A DNA stretch of 64,000 nucleotides from Deltaproteobacteria bacterium (GTDB taxonomy: Bacteria; Myxococcota; Kuafuiibacteriia; Kuafuiibacteriales; Kuafuiibacteriaceae): positions 64,001-128,000 of the forward strand of contig JAVJQW010000023.1 in the NCBI GenBank assembly GCA_040218735.1, given 5' to 3'. A program made the translations under genes and the position numbers. The notes under the pieces are model-generated. The model did no database searches and was not told the DNA's origin. It saw only the letters and a program-made list of their open reading frames with translations. Shown piece by piece: positions 19,191 through 27,996 of this stretch (position 1 is its first letter; the number at the start of each line of letters is the position of its first letter).

Positions 19191-20603
19191 GTGTTCGCGT
19201 CCACCAAATCGCTCGGGCGTTACACGTTACTCGAACAGATCGCGCGCGGCGGGATGGCGCAGGTCTTTCTTGCGCAGCGAGACGGCGCCGCGACGCCGTG
19301 TGTGCTCAAGCAGCTGCACGTCGAGCTCGAAGACAACCCCACCGCCGGCAAACGTTTTCAGCGCGAAGCGAACATCGCTTCGCGCCTTCGACACACCAAC
19401 ATCGCCTCGGTGATCAGCGCCGGCATCGAGGACGGCACGTTTTGCATCGGCATGGAGCTCATCGCCGGGCAGACCGTCGAGGCGCTGGTGGTCGAGCTCG
19501 CGCGACGCAACGAACGCGTCCCGGCCGACGTCACGATCCGCATCCTCCTCGAAGTCCTCGACGGCGCGGCCTACGCGCACGCGCTCACCGACGAGGACGG
19601 GACCGCGCTCAACATCGTGCACCGCGACCTGTCGCCGCGAAACATCATGGTCGCGTTCGACGGGGCGGTGAAGATCATCGACTTCGGCGTCGCGCGCGGG
19701 CGCATCGACGCGTTCCAAACGGCACCCGGCATGATGGTCGGTACGTTACGCTACATGTCGCCCGAGCAGGCGATGGCCGAGGGCGTGGATCGGCGCAGCG
19801 ACCTGTACACCCTCGGCGTCGTGCTCCACGAGATGTTGTCGGGGGCGCCGGCGATCACCAACACCCGGGCGGTCGACGTCCTCAACCGCGTCATCGCGGA
19901 GCCCCTCCCGCCGCTGAGTGAGGTCGCGCCGCACGTCCCGGCCGCGGTGGGGGACGTCGTCGCGAAGGCCACCGCCAAGAACCCGGACGACCGGTTCGCC
20001 GACGCGGATCAGATGCGCGCCGCGCTCGCTGCGGCGTTCGACGCGCCGGCGGACGACGCCGCGCTCGGCGCGCTCGTGCGACGGCTGTTCCCCGAGCACG
20101 TGAAACGAACGCAAGGGTGGGCCGACGAGGCGCGCGCGTCGGCGCGGATGTCGGACGCGCTCGAACACGACACACTCACGGAGGCGACGGCCCCTTCGCT
20201 CAACCACGAGACCCTCCCCATGATCACGCCGCCGCCGCGCGTGGAGTCGGTGCGCAACCGTCGGACGAGCACGCCGCGGATCGAGCGGCGGTCGAGCACG
20301 CCGAAGATCGCGGACCTCGGATCCGATCCGCCGCCGCGGGGGACCTCGAAGGGCCCGTCGCTCCCGACGCCCGTCCCGGACCCTGCGTCGGGTCCGCCGT
20401 CGAACGCGATCACCGTCTCGGATGCGCCGACGCCGCGGGGCGTGAGTCGAGTCCGACCGACGAGTCGCCTCGACGCGAGCTCCGATGCGCGGATCCGAGC
20501 TCTGGAGAAGGAGGTCCACCGGTGGCGCAACGCGTTCGTGCTGCTGCTCCTCGTCGTGACGGGCGCGCTCAGTGTGCTCGCGTGGATCGTCTCCAGGTCG
20601 TAG
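19191..20603 (+). CDS. Ser/Thr protein kinase with C-terminal TM anchor
   Basis: LGRYTLLEQIARGGMAQV, HRDLSPRN, DFG, GTLRYMSPE; C-terminal hydrophobic helix. Confidence 0.92.
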   Translation: MFASTKSLGRYTLLEQIARGGMAQVFLAQRDGAATPCVLKQLHVELEDNPTAGKRFQREANIASRLRHTNIASVISAGIEDGTFCIGMELIAGQTVEALVVELARRNERVPADVTIRILLEVLDGAAYAHALTDEDGTALNIVHRDLSPRNIMVAFDGAVKIIDFGVARGRIDAFQTAPGMMVGTLRYMSPEQAMAEGVDRRSDLYTLGVVLHEMLSGAPAITNTRAVDVLNRVIAEPLPPLSEVAPHVPAAVGDVVAKATAKNPDDRFADADQMRAALAAAFDAPADDAALGALVRRLFPEHVKRTQGWADEARASARMSDALEHDTLTEATAPSLNHETLPMITPPPRVESVRNRRTSTPRIERRSSTPKIADLGSDPPPRGTSKGPSLPTPVPDPASGPPSNAITVSDAPTPRGVSRVRPTSRLDASSDARIRALEKEVHRWRNAFVLLLLVVTGALSVLAWIVSRS

Positions 20604-20652
20604 TCCATCGTCGGTTGACGTCGCGAACCCCGAAAACGTACCCGGCGAGGCG

Positions 20653-21654
20653 ATGAAGATCTTCGTCACGGGAGGCCACGGGTTCATCGGATCGCGCGTC
20701 GTCGAGCGGCTGCTCGAAGGCGGGCACGAGGTCCGGTGCCTGGTCCGCGAGAGCAGCAAGACCCACCGCATCGACCACCTCGAATGGGAGCGGCACGTCG
20801 GCGATGTCCGCGATCGCGCTTCGCTCGAGGCGGGGATGCAGGGCACCGAGGCGGTCATCCACCTCGCGAGTGTTTCGTCGTGGGCGGACATGCGGTCGTC
20901 GGTCCTCGAAGACGTCGTGCAGACCGGGACGGAGAACGTCGTCGAGGCCGCGAAGTCGAGCGGCGTGAAGCGCGTGGTGTTCGTGTCGTCGTCGATGGCG
21001 GTCAACGCGACGCCGACGCCGATCGTCTTCGACGAGGCGTCGGCCTTCGAGCTCACGGATCCCAAGTACCGCTACCCGCTCGCGAAGCACCGCGCGGAGA
21101 AGCGCGCGCTCGAGGTGGCGGGGGACGACGTCGAGCTCGTCATCGTGAACCCCGCGGAGGTCTACGGCCCGAACGACGACGCGATGGTCACCGCGGGGAA
21201 CCTGCGCGACGCGCTGAACGACTGGCCGGCGCTCGCGTGCACGGGCGGCTCCGCGATCACCCACGTGGACGACGTCGCGGACGGCATGGTGCGTGCGCTC
21301 GAGAAGGGCCGGCACGGCGAGCGTTACATCCTCGGCGGCGACAACCTGCACGTCGAAGAGCTCATCCGCCTCACGCTCGAGATCGCCGCCCAGAAGAAGC
21401 CGGTCATGAAGCTACCCAACGGCCTGCTCAAGGTCGCGATCGGTGCGCTCGACAAGCTGGGCCTGCCCTCCCCGGTCGAGCCGGAGGTCGTCACCTACGC
21501 GACGCTCTACTGGTTCATGGACAGCACGAAGGCGAAGAACGAGCTGGGCTACGCGCCGCGCCCGGCGCGCGAGGTCCTCGAGCCGACGATCGCGTGGCTG
21601 TACGACAACGGCCACATCAAGACGCCACGCGCCGCGGACGCGGCGACGGCGTAG
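20653..21654 (+). CDS. NAD-dependent epimerase/dehydratase (extended SDR, dihydroflavonol-reductase/HpnA-like)
   Basis: FVTGGHGFIG, YPLAK (YxxxK), NPAEVYGP, HVDDVADG. Confidence 0.9.
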   Translation: MKIFVTGGHGFIGSRVVERLLEGGHEVRCLVRESSKTHRIDHLEWERHVGDVRDRASLEAGMQGTEAVIHLASVSSWADMRSSVLEDVVQTGTENVVEAAKSSGVKRVVFVSSSMAVNATPTPIVFDEASAFELTDPKYRYPLAKHRAEKRALEVAGDDVELVIVNPAEVYGPNDDAMVTAGNLRDALNDWPALACTGGSAITHVDDVADGMVRALEKGRHGERYILGGDNLHVEELIRLTLEIAAQKKPVMKLPNGLLKVAIGALDKLGLPSPVEPEVVTYATLYWFMDSTKAKNELGYAPRPAREVLEPTIAWLYDNGHIKTPRAADAATA

Positions 21655-21728
21655 AGCCGAGGCTACGGCCACCGACGCCTCAGGGAAGAACACCACCACT
21701 GTCTGCATACGAATCCGCGGTGCAGGTC
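21644..21728 (-). ncRNA. Candidate sigma54-dependent small RNA
   Basis: Lies downstream of a minus-strand -24/-12 site. Three possible stem-loops; the last pairs fully (G-U) only on the minus strand. Confidence 0.3.
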
Positions 21729-21738
21729 CGACGCAAAT

Positions 21739-21754
21739 CGCACGGGCCGTGCCA
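21739..21754 (-). promoter_or_regulatory. Sigma54 (-24/-12) promoter
   Basis: Minus strand TGGCACGGCCCGTGCG: GG-N10-GC spacing with TGGCACG. Confidence 0.6.
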
Positions 21755-21769
21755 TGCTGACGTCGAGCG

Positions 21770-22117
21770 ATGAACGTCGTGGCTCTCGTCTTCCTGATCG
21801 TGTCGACCGGCGCGCTGATCGCGGCCGTGTCGGTCGCCGTTTGGCTTCAACGCCTGGGCGGAAACCGCCTGCTCCTCGCAGCCCCCTTCGGGGTGCTCGG
21901 GCTCGCCGCGCTGGCCGCGTTGTTCCTCGATCCGGACGTGGCCTTCGGCGTCTGGGCGACCCGTCCGGGGTTGATGCTCCACGCGAGCGACGCCGCGATC
22001 GTCTGGACGCTCATGCTCTCGCTGACGGGTTTTGGCTACCTGCTGCGGCCGCGCGACGTCACGGTGCGCACGCCCGCGTGGTCCGACCGCTCGGACGTCA
22101 CGCCGAGCCGCATGTAG
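21770..22117 (+). CDS. Small membrane protein (about 3 TM)
   Basis: 115 aa with three hydrophobic stretches. Confidence 0.7.
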   Translation: MNVVALVFLIVSTGALIAAVSVAVWLQRLGGNRLLLAAPFGVLGLAALAALFLDPDVAFGVWATRPGLMLHASDAAIVWTLMLSLTGFGYLLRPRDVTVRTPAWSDRSDVTPSRM

Positions 22118-22178
22118 CGCTCCACCGGCTAGACCCAGCTGGTGATCACTCGCGGCACCTCCTAGTCTCGGCGACACG

Positions 22179-23162
22179 ATGGCCGAGACCACCGCGATTC
22201 GAATCCACGAGACGGGCGGGCCCGAAGCGCTGCGCGTCGAGACGATCGAAGTCGGCGCGCCGGGCGCAGGTGAAGCGCAGATCCGGCACACCGCGATCGG
22301 CGTGAACTTCATCGACACCTACCACCGCAGCGGCCTGTATCCGCTCCCGCGCATGCCGCACGGGCTCGGGCAGGAGGCCGCGGGCGTCGTGGAGGCGGTT
22401 GGCGAGGGGGTCACGGAGGTCGCGGTCGGCGATCGCGTCACGTACTTCGGCGGAGGCCCGGGCTCGTACTGCGGCCTGCGCAACGTGAAGTCACACCTGC
22501 TCATCCAGCTCCCGGACGCCGTGTCCGACGAGGTCGCGGCGGCTTCGCTGCTGAAGGGGATGACGGTGGAGTATCTCGTCCGCCGGACCTTCCCGCTGCA
22601 ACGCGGTCAGACGGTGTTGTGGCACGCGGCGGCGGGGGGCGTCGGTCTCATCGCCTGTCAGTGGCTGCGGCACCTCGGTGTCGAGATGATCGGCACCGTG
22701 AGCTCCGACGAGAAGGCGGCGCTCGCCGCGGAGAACGGGTGCACCCACCCGATCGTCTACACGCGCGAAGACTTCGTCGAACGCACGAAGGCGATCACCG
22801 ACGGCGCGGGCGTCCCGGTGGTCTACGACTCGGTCGGGCGCGACACGTTCGAGCGTTCGCTGAAGTGCCTCGCGCGGCGCGGAACGTTCGTGGGCTTCGG
22901 GAACGCGTCCGGCAAACCGGACCTGTTCGACCTCGCGAAGCTCGCCCAGGGCGGCTCGCTGTACGCGACCCGGCCGACGTTGTTCGACTACGTCGCCACG
23001 CGCGAGGAGCTGCTCGAATCGTCCGGCGCCCTGTTCGACGTCATCGCGAGCGGCGCCGTGAAGATCGACATCCGGCAGCGCTTCCCCCTCGCCGAGGCCG
23101 CGGAAGCGCACCGCGCGCTGGAGTCGAGGGCGACGACGGGGTCGACTGTGTTGGTTCCGTAG
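22179..23162 (+). CDS. qor: NADPH:quinone oxidoreductase (zeta-crystallin/MDR)
   Basis: AIGVNFIDTYHRSGLY, HAAAGGVG, VYDSVG, FGNASG, HRALESRATTGS. Confidence 0.93.
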   Translation: MAETTAIRIHETGGPEALRVETIEVGAPGAGEAQIRHTAIGVNFIDTYHRSGLYPLPRMPHGLGQEAAGVVEAVGEGVTEVAVGDRVTYFGGGPGSYCGLRNVKSHLLIQLPDAVSDEVAAASLLKGMTVEYLVRRTFPLQRGQTVLWHAAAGGVGLIACQWLRHLGVEMIGTVSSDEKAALAAENGCTHPIVYTREDFVERTKAITDGAGVPVVYDSVGRDTFERSLKCLARRGTFVGFGNASGKPDLFDLAKLAQGGSLYATRPTLFDYVATREELLESSGALFDVIASGAVKIDIRQRFPLAEAAEAHRALESRATTGSTVLVP

Positions 23163-23166
23163 CGGT

Positions 23167-24315
23167 TCAGGACTTCCAGAGGCGTCTGGACGCGATCGCT
23201 GCGCCCTCGGCGACGGCGGCGAGCTTGCCCCAAACGATCTCCGGTTCGACGGCGGCCTGTCCGACCCACGTGCCGAAGCCGCAGTCACTCCCGGCCATCA
23301 CACGCTCGCGCCCGACGCGGGTGGCGTAGCGCTCGATGCGCTGGGCGATGAGCTCGGGGTGCTCGATGAAGTTCGACTTCGACTCGATGACGCCGGGGAT
23401 GAGGACGAAGTCGTCGGGGAGCGCGACGTCGTCGAACACGACGTACTCGTGGGCGTGTCGCGGGTTCGCGGCTTCGAACGCGATGCCGGAGACCTTCGCG
23501 CGGAAGACGACGTCGAGGATGTCGCGGATCGGCACGTCGCAGTGGTGCGGTCCGTCGTAGTTGCCCCAGCACAGGTGAATGCGCGCTTGCTCGCGCGGGA
23601 CGTCCTGCAGCGCGTGGTTCAACGCGTCGACGTGCATCGCGACGCGGCTCTTGAAGTCCGGGAGATCGAGCTCGCGGTACATCATGTGGCGACCCATCGC
23701 GAGGTCGGGGCAGTCGACCTGCACCATGAGGCCGGCCTTCGCGATCGCCTCGTACTCGAACCGCATCGCGTCCGCGACCGCGAACAAGTAGCGCTCGAAG
23801 TCGCCGTAGTACTGGTCGTGGAAGAAGAGCGTCACCACGCCGGGCGACGCCGCGGTGAGGAACTGGCCCGCCGCGCCACAGTCCTCGGAGGCAGCCTGCA
23901 GGTTGGCGATGTCCGCGTAGACCGAGTCGTGGTCGGCGACGGTGACTTCACCGTCGCAGCCGGGGGTCTTGCGGCGTGAACGACCAGGATCGCCGAACAC
24001 ACGCTGCGCCATCGTCGGGTACTCGACGAGGTCCTGGTACGGCACCGGCACGCTCTCCCCGCCGAAGCCCGTGAGACGATCCTTGATGTACGTCGCGTAG
24101 CTCGGCTTCGACATCTCGCCGTCGTTGACGATGTCGATCCCGGCCTTGCGTTGCTTCGCGACGATCTCTCGCACGGCGTCGCGGATGTCCGTGGCGAGGC
24201 GACCGCGGTCGACCGGCACACCCTCCTCCTTCGCGAACATCGTGCGAATGAGATCCTCGGGGCGAGGCAGGCTGCCGGTGTGAGTCGTGAGGATGCGGTC
24301 TTGGCTCAGGATCAT
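23167..24315 (-). CDS. Cobalamin-independent methionine synthase II / epoxyalkane:CoM transferase-like Zn thiol transferase
   Basis: ILTTHTGSLPRP, DIVNDGE, Zn ligands HLC(WGNY) and SDCGFGT. Single catalytic barrel, 382 aa. Confidence 0.9.
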   Translation of the reverse strand: MILSQDRILTTHTGSLPRPEDLIRTMFAKEEGVPVDRGRLATDIRDAVREIVAKQRKAGIDIVNDGEMSKPSYATYIKDRLTGFGGESVPVPYQDLVEYPTMAQRVFGDPGRSRRKTPGCDGEVTVADHDSVYADIANLQAASEDCGAAGQFLTAASPGVVTLFFHDQYYGDFERYLFAVADAMRFEYEAIAKAGLMVQVDCPDLAMGRHMMYRELDLPDFKSRVAMHVDALNHALQDVPREQARIHLCWGNYDGPHHCDVPIRDILDVVFRAKVSGIAFEAANPRHAHEYVVFDDVALPDDFVLIPGVIESKSNFIEHPELIAQRIERYATRVGRERVMAGSDCGFGTWVGQAAVEPEIVWGKLAAVAEGAAIASRRLWKS

Positions 24316-24968
24316 GCGTTGGGTCTCTCTGTAACGTTGCCGTGCAAGCTAGGTTGCGGCGCTCCCTCGACGATCGGGAGACAGTCTTCCGGCAGGGTGT
24401 CGGTGAATTCGTGTCCGCGCGCTTCGAGCTCCGTGAGGAAGCCGTCGAGGCGCTGCATGGCGTCCGGGAGGATGTCGTGCAGGACGACGACGGTGTGGGC
24501 TTGGCGGTCGGCGTCGGCGAGCGCGTTCGCAACCCAGCCTTCGGCGTCGAGCCAGTCGCCCGGCACCGAATTCCACAGCGCGCACGTGTAACCGCCGGCC
24601 CGGAGGAACTCGACGCTCGCCCCGGAGAAGAGGTGCGGCCCGAGCTTCCCGCCCCCGCCGAACGGACGGAACCACCGGGGCCCCGTCCATACACGATCGA
24701 GGAGCGCCTCGGTCCGACCGAGCTCCAGGGCGACGTGGTCTTCGCGCGCGTCGTCGCCGAGCGGCGTCTCGTGGCTGTACGAGTGATTGCCGAGGACGTG
24801 GCCGGCATCCCGAATCTGCCGCGCGAGGTCGAGCCCGCCCGGCGCGTCGAGGCACTTGCCGCAGACGAAGAACATCGCGGACGCGCGGTGACGCGCGAGC
24901 ACGTCGAGGACGTGCGGCGTCACCGCGGGATCCGGTCCGTTGTCGAAGGTGAGGGTGACTCGGCCCAT
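24312..24968 (-). CDS. CE4/NodB polysaccharide-deacetylase-family hydrolase, cytoplasmic, with atypical motifs
   Basis: TLTFDNGP, GNHSYSH, FRPFGG, DW, VVLHD; no signal peptide. Stop overlaps the next start. Confidence 0.88.
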   Translation of the reverse strand: MGRVTLTFDNGPDPAVTPHVLDVLARHRASAMFFVCGKCLDAPGGLDLARQIRDAGHVLGNHSYSHETPLGDDAREDHVALELGRTEALLDRVWTGPRWFRPFGGGGKLGPHLFSGASVEFLRAGGYTCALWNSVPGDWLDAEGWVANALADADRQAHTVVVLHDILPDAMQRLDGFLTELEARGHEFTDTLPEDCLPIVEGAPQPSLHGNVTERPNA

Positions 24969-24975
24969 GGACGGG

Positions 24976-25563
24976 TCAGGACGCCTCGGTGCGGAGCTTG
25001 CGGAACTTGTTGTTCGCTTCGGTCACGCCGGCCAGCCACTTCTTCAGATCTTCGTGCGCCGTCTGCGCGGCGGCTTCGAGGACCTCCTCGGACTTGTCGA
25101 CGCGCGAGGTGAGCTCGACCTGCATCCCGTTCGGGTCGTGCATGTACACGGAGTAGCAGTAGCCGTGATCGATCAGCATGCAGTCGACGCCAGCCGCTTC
25201 GACCTTCTCCTTGAACTTCAGGACGTCGTCCTTGGTGTCGACCTCGAGCGCGACGTGGTGGTCGAAGGGATCCTGATTCCCCTGGATGGCCGTCTCCTTG
25301 TAGAGGCCCTCCTGGAACTGGAAGAACGCGAGCGCGTTGCCATCGCCGAGCTCGAAGAACGCGTGCATATAGTTCGACGGCTTCTCCGTGACGGGGTCCG
25401 TCGTCTCCACGAAGACACCGATCAGCGGCATGCCGAGGAGGTCCTCCCAGAACTTGCGGGTCGCCTCCATGTCGTTGGTGCGGAACGCGTGGTGATGGAC
25501 GCAGCGGATCGGGTTGCTGGAGCGACGCTGCTCGGTTGTCTTGGAAATCGGCTTCGAAAGCAT
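24976..25563 (-). CDS. VOC/glyoxalase-bleomycin resistance-dioxygenase family protein
   Basis: VHHHAFRTND...FWEDLLG, YMHAFFELGDGNALAFF, HHVAL, SVYMHDPNGMQVE. ATG at 25563. Confidence 0.9.
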   Translation of the reverse strand: MLSKPISKTTEQRRSSNPIRCVHHHAFRTNDMEATRKFWEDLLGMPLIGVFVETTDPVTEKPSNYMHAFFELGDGNALAFFQFQEGLYKETAIQGNQDPFDHHVALEVDTKDDVLKFKEKVEAAGVDCMLIDHGYCYSVYMHDPNGMQVELTSRVDKSEEVLEAAAQTAHEDLKKWLAGVTEANNKFRKLRTEAS

Positions 25564-25592
25564 GAGTTGGTCTCCTAGTTCTCTTCGAAAAG

Positions 25593-26495
25593 TCAGGCGT
25601 GGTTCGCCGCGGCGGCGGCGACGGGTTGGTGGCCTTCGACGACCTCGTCGACGACCGGGTTGGACATCTCCCCGACGCCCTCGATCGCGACACGGCACGT
25701 CTCCCCCGCGCGCATGTAGCGCGGCGGGTTCCGCGCGTGGCCGATGCCGGAAGGCGTACCCATCGCGATGACGTCTCCGGGCTCGAGCACGAGCGCCTCG
25801 GACAACAGCGCGACGGTCTTGGCGACACCGAACACCATCTTGCCGGTGTCGCCGTCCTGCATGAGCTCGTCGTCGACGTGGGTCGTCATGCGGAGCCCGG
25901 CGGCGCCCGGGGGGAGCTCGTCGGGCGTGACGAGATCGGGTCCGAGCGCTCCGGTGCCGTGGAAGTTCTTGCCGATCGTCCACTGCGGCGTGCGGGTCTG
26001 GTAGTCGCGGATCGAGCCGTCGTTGAACACGGCGTAGCCGGCGACGTGATCGAGCGCGTCGGCTTCTGCGATGCGTCGGCCACCGCGCCCGATGACCACG
26101 GCGAGCTCGACCTCGAAGTCGAGTTTGTCGGACTCGGGGGGACGAAGCATGGGCTCGCCGTGTCCGATGAGCGACGAGGCGACGCGCGCGAACATCGCGG
26201 GGTAGTCGGGCACCGGAAGGCCGGCCTCCGCGGCGTGGTCGACGTCGTTGAGGCCGAGGCAGATGAACTTCGGCGGGCTCGGCACGAGCGGGCGGAAACC
26301 GAAGCCGGCGCCGACCGGGGCGGCGGACGACAGCGCGGCCGCGGCGCGCGCGCGCCAGTCTTGGCCGCCCGCGATGAGCTGTCCGACGTCGGTGCCGAGG
26401 CCGGGGTCGACCGCGGTCAGGTCGACGTACGCGCCGTCGGCGCGGCGCGCGGCGAGTCGGGGTCCTTGGGGAGTTCGTAGGGAGCTGAGGCGCAT
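25593..26495 (-). CDS. Fumarylacetoacetate (FAH) hydrolase family protein
   Basis: KFICLGLN, LDFEVELAVVIG, GYAVFNDGSIRDYQ, WTIGKNF, LEPGDVIAMGTPSGIG. Confidence 0.93.
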   Translation of the reverse strand: MRLSSLRTPQGPRLAARRADGAYVDLTAVDPGLGTDVGQLIAGGQDWRARAAAALSSAAPVGAGFGFRPLVPSPPKFICLGLNDVDHAAEAGLPVPDYPAMFARVASSLIGHGEPMLRPPESDKLDFEVELAVVIGRGGRRIAEADALDHVAGYAVFNDGSIRDYQTRTPQWTIGKNFHGTGALGPDLVTPDELPPGAAGLRMTTHVDDELMQDGDTGKMVFGVAKTVALLSEALVLEPGDVIAMGTPSGIGHARNPPRYMRAGETCRVAIEGVGEMSNPVVDEVVEGHQPVAAAAANHA

Positions 26496-26512
26496 CGTGG
26501 GTGCTTTCCGAT

Positions 26513-26529
26513 AAAATGTCGGCAAAAAT
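26513..26529. promoter_or_regulatory. Putative GntR/FCD operator (AAAATGTCGGCAAAAAT)
   Basis: Imperfect copy of the palindrome at 27299-27314, placed just downstream of the leftward promoter. Confidence 0.6.
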
Positions 26530-26534
26530 ACGAA

Positions 26535-26574
26535 TTGACGACGAAACCGTAGAGCCGTACTTTCGCACTGTCAA
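26535..26574. promoter_or_regulatory. Overlapping divergent sigma70 promoters
   Basis: Plus: TTGACG (26535) N17 TACTTT (26558) toward gntR. Minus: TTGACA (26574-26569) N17 TACGGT (26551-26546) toward the FAH operon. Confidence 0.65.
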
Positions 26575-26580
26575 CCGACC

Positions 26581-27285
26581 ATGCCGCCGAACGCCGACGA
26601 CGCCCGCACCGACGCCACCGTCGTGACCCGCCGACTCCGCGCGGAGATCGTGGAGGGGGTGGTCCCCCCGGGGTCGAAGCTGAAGCTCGTCCCCCTCGCG
26701 CAGCGCTACCAAGTCGGACGTGGCCCGCTCCGCGAGGCCGCCTGTCGGCTCGCGGCGGAGGGGTTGGTGCTGATCGAGGACCAGCGCGGTTTCCGCGTCG
26801 CCCCCATCTCCCGCACGGACCTCATCGACGTGACGCGCACCCGCCAGCGGATCGAGGCGCTCGCGCTCCGTGACGCGATCCTACACGGCGACGACGAGTG
26901 GGAGGGCAAGGTCCTGGCCGCGCTCCACGTGCTGGAGCGCGTGTCCTCGCCGGACGCTTCGGAGGCGCGCCGCGCCCAGTTCCAAGAGCGGCACCAGGCG
27001 TTCCACGACATCCTTTGCGCACCCGGGCCGTCCGCCTACATCCGGCAGTTCCGCGACACCCTCTACGCGCACAGCGAGCGCTACCGTTGCCTCGCGGCCG
27101 ACCGCTACATCCAGCAGATCACGCACCGCGACATCGCGGCCGAGCACGAAGCCCTCGCTCGCGCCGCGCTCGACCGCGACGCGGACCTGGCGTGCCGACG
27201 CCTCGAGAACCACCTCGAGCGCACCCTGGAGACGCTGCTCGACGGCTACCCGATCCTCTTCGGCGAGGCCGAGGGCGCCGCCTGA
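26581..27285 (+). CDS. GntR family (FCD domain) transcriptional regulator
   Basis: LRAEIVEG..PPGSKL..LAQRYQVGRGPLREA..RLAAEGLV, RGFRVAP; FCD H..FH and AEHEAL. Confidence 0.94.
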   Translation: MPPNADDARTDATVVTRRLRAEIVEGVVPPGSKLKLVPLAQRYQVGRGPLREAACRLAAEGLVLIEDQRGFRVAPISRTDLIDVTRTRQRIEALALRDAILHGDDEWEGKVLAALHVLERVSSPDASEARRAQFQERHQAFHDILCAPGPSAYIRQFRDTLYAHSERYRCLAADRYIQQITHRDIAAEHEALARAALDRDADLACRRLENHLERTLETLLDGYPILFGEAEGAA

Positions 27286-27298
27286 GGCGCAGCTCGGA

Positions 27299-27329
27299 AT
27301 TTTGTCGACAAAATATTGGTTTGCCGACA
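27299..27329. promoter_or_regulatory. Putative GntR operator: perfect 16-bp palindrome ATTTTGTCGACAAAAT plus second site TTTGCCGACA
   Basis: Palindrome at 27299-27314 and second site at 27320-27329; AT-rich island upstream of yceI. Confidence 0.7.
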
Positions 27330-27410
27330 CGACGCTTGAGTGCGGACGACGTTGGTGGGAGGCTCCGTCCGTCCCTCATGAGACGACCGTTCCGGGAGAA
27401 CGATTCCAAA

Positions 27411-27992
27411 ATGAAGAAGCAGATCAAGACACAGCTCACCACCCTCGCCCTCGCAAGCGGACTCGCGTTCGCTACCGTCGCCGCGCCGAACGCCGCGACC
27501 GCCGCCGAGTTCGACATCGATTCGGGCCACACGTTCGTGGTCTTCAACGTCGGACACTTCGGCGTCGGCAAGGCCTACGGCATGTTCCTCAAGACGACGG
27601 GGAGCTTCGACACCTCGGCCAACAAACTCGACGTCACCATCGACGCCAACAGCGTCTTCACCGGCGACAAGAAGCGGGACGACCACCTCAAGGGCCCCGA
27701 CTTCTTCAACGCGAAGCAGTTCCCGAAGATCACCTTCAAGAGCAAGAAGGTCGCCGCGAAGGGCAACAAGCTCACGATCACCGGCGACCTCAGCATCAAG
27801 GGCAAGACCCAGAGCGTCACGTTCGAGATGACGAAGATCGGCGAAGGCAAGGATCCCTTCGGCAACATCCGCGCGGGCTACGAAGGCAAGCTGACGATCA
27901 ACCGAATGGACTTCGGCATGAACTACATGCCGGACGGCCTCTCGAAGGACGTCACCCTCGCGCTCGCCGTCGAGGGCATCAAGAAGAAGTAG
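27411..27992 (+). CDS. YceI family periplasmic lipid/polyisoprenoid-binding protein
   Basis: Signal peptide, IDSGHT, IDANSVFTG..KRDDHLKGPDFFNAKQFP.ITF, GDLSIKG, INRMDFGM. Confidence 0.93.
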   Translation: MKKQIKTQLTTLALASGLAFATVAAPNAATAAEFDIDSGHTFVVFNVGHFGVGKAYGMFLKTTGSFDTSANKLDVTIDANSVFTGDKKRDDHLKGPDFFNAKQFPKITFKSKKVAAKGNKLTITGDLSIKGKTQSVTFEMTKIGEGKDPFGNIRAGYEGKLTINRMDFGMNYMPDGLSKDVTLALAVEGIKKK

Positions 27993-27996
27993 ACCG

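Noticed and set aside
21412-21708. 98-aa minus-strand ORF downstream of the sigma54 site
   Set aside because: Mostly antisense to the epimerase and reads as a shadow frame; a short translated peptide cannot be fully excluded.
23167-24315. Calling this gene metE
   Set aside because: It is half the length of MetE, lacks the N-terminal barrel, and sits in a catabolic-type context.
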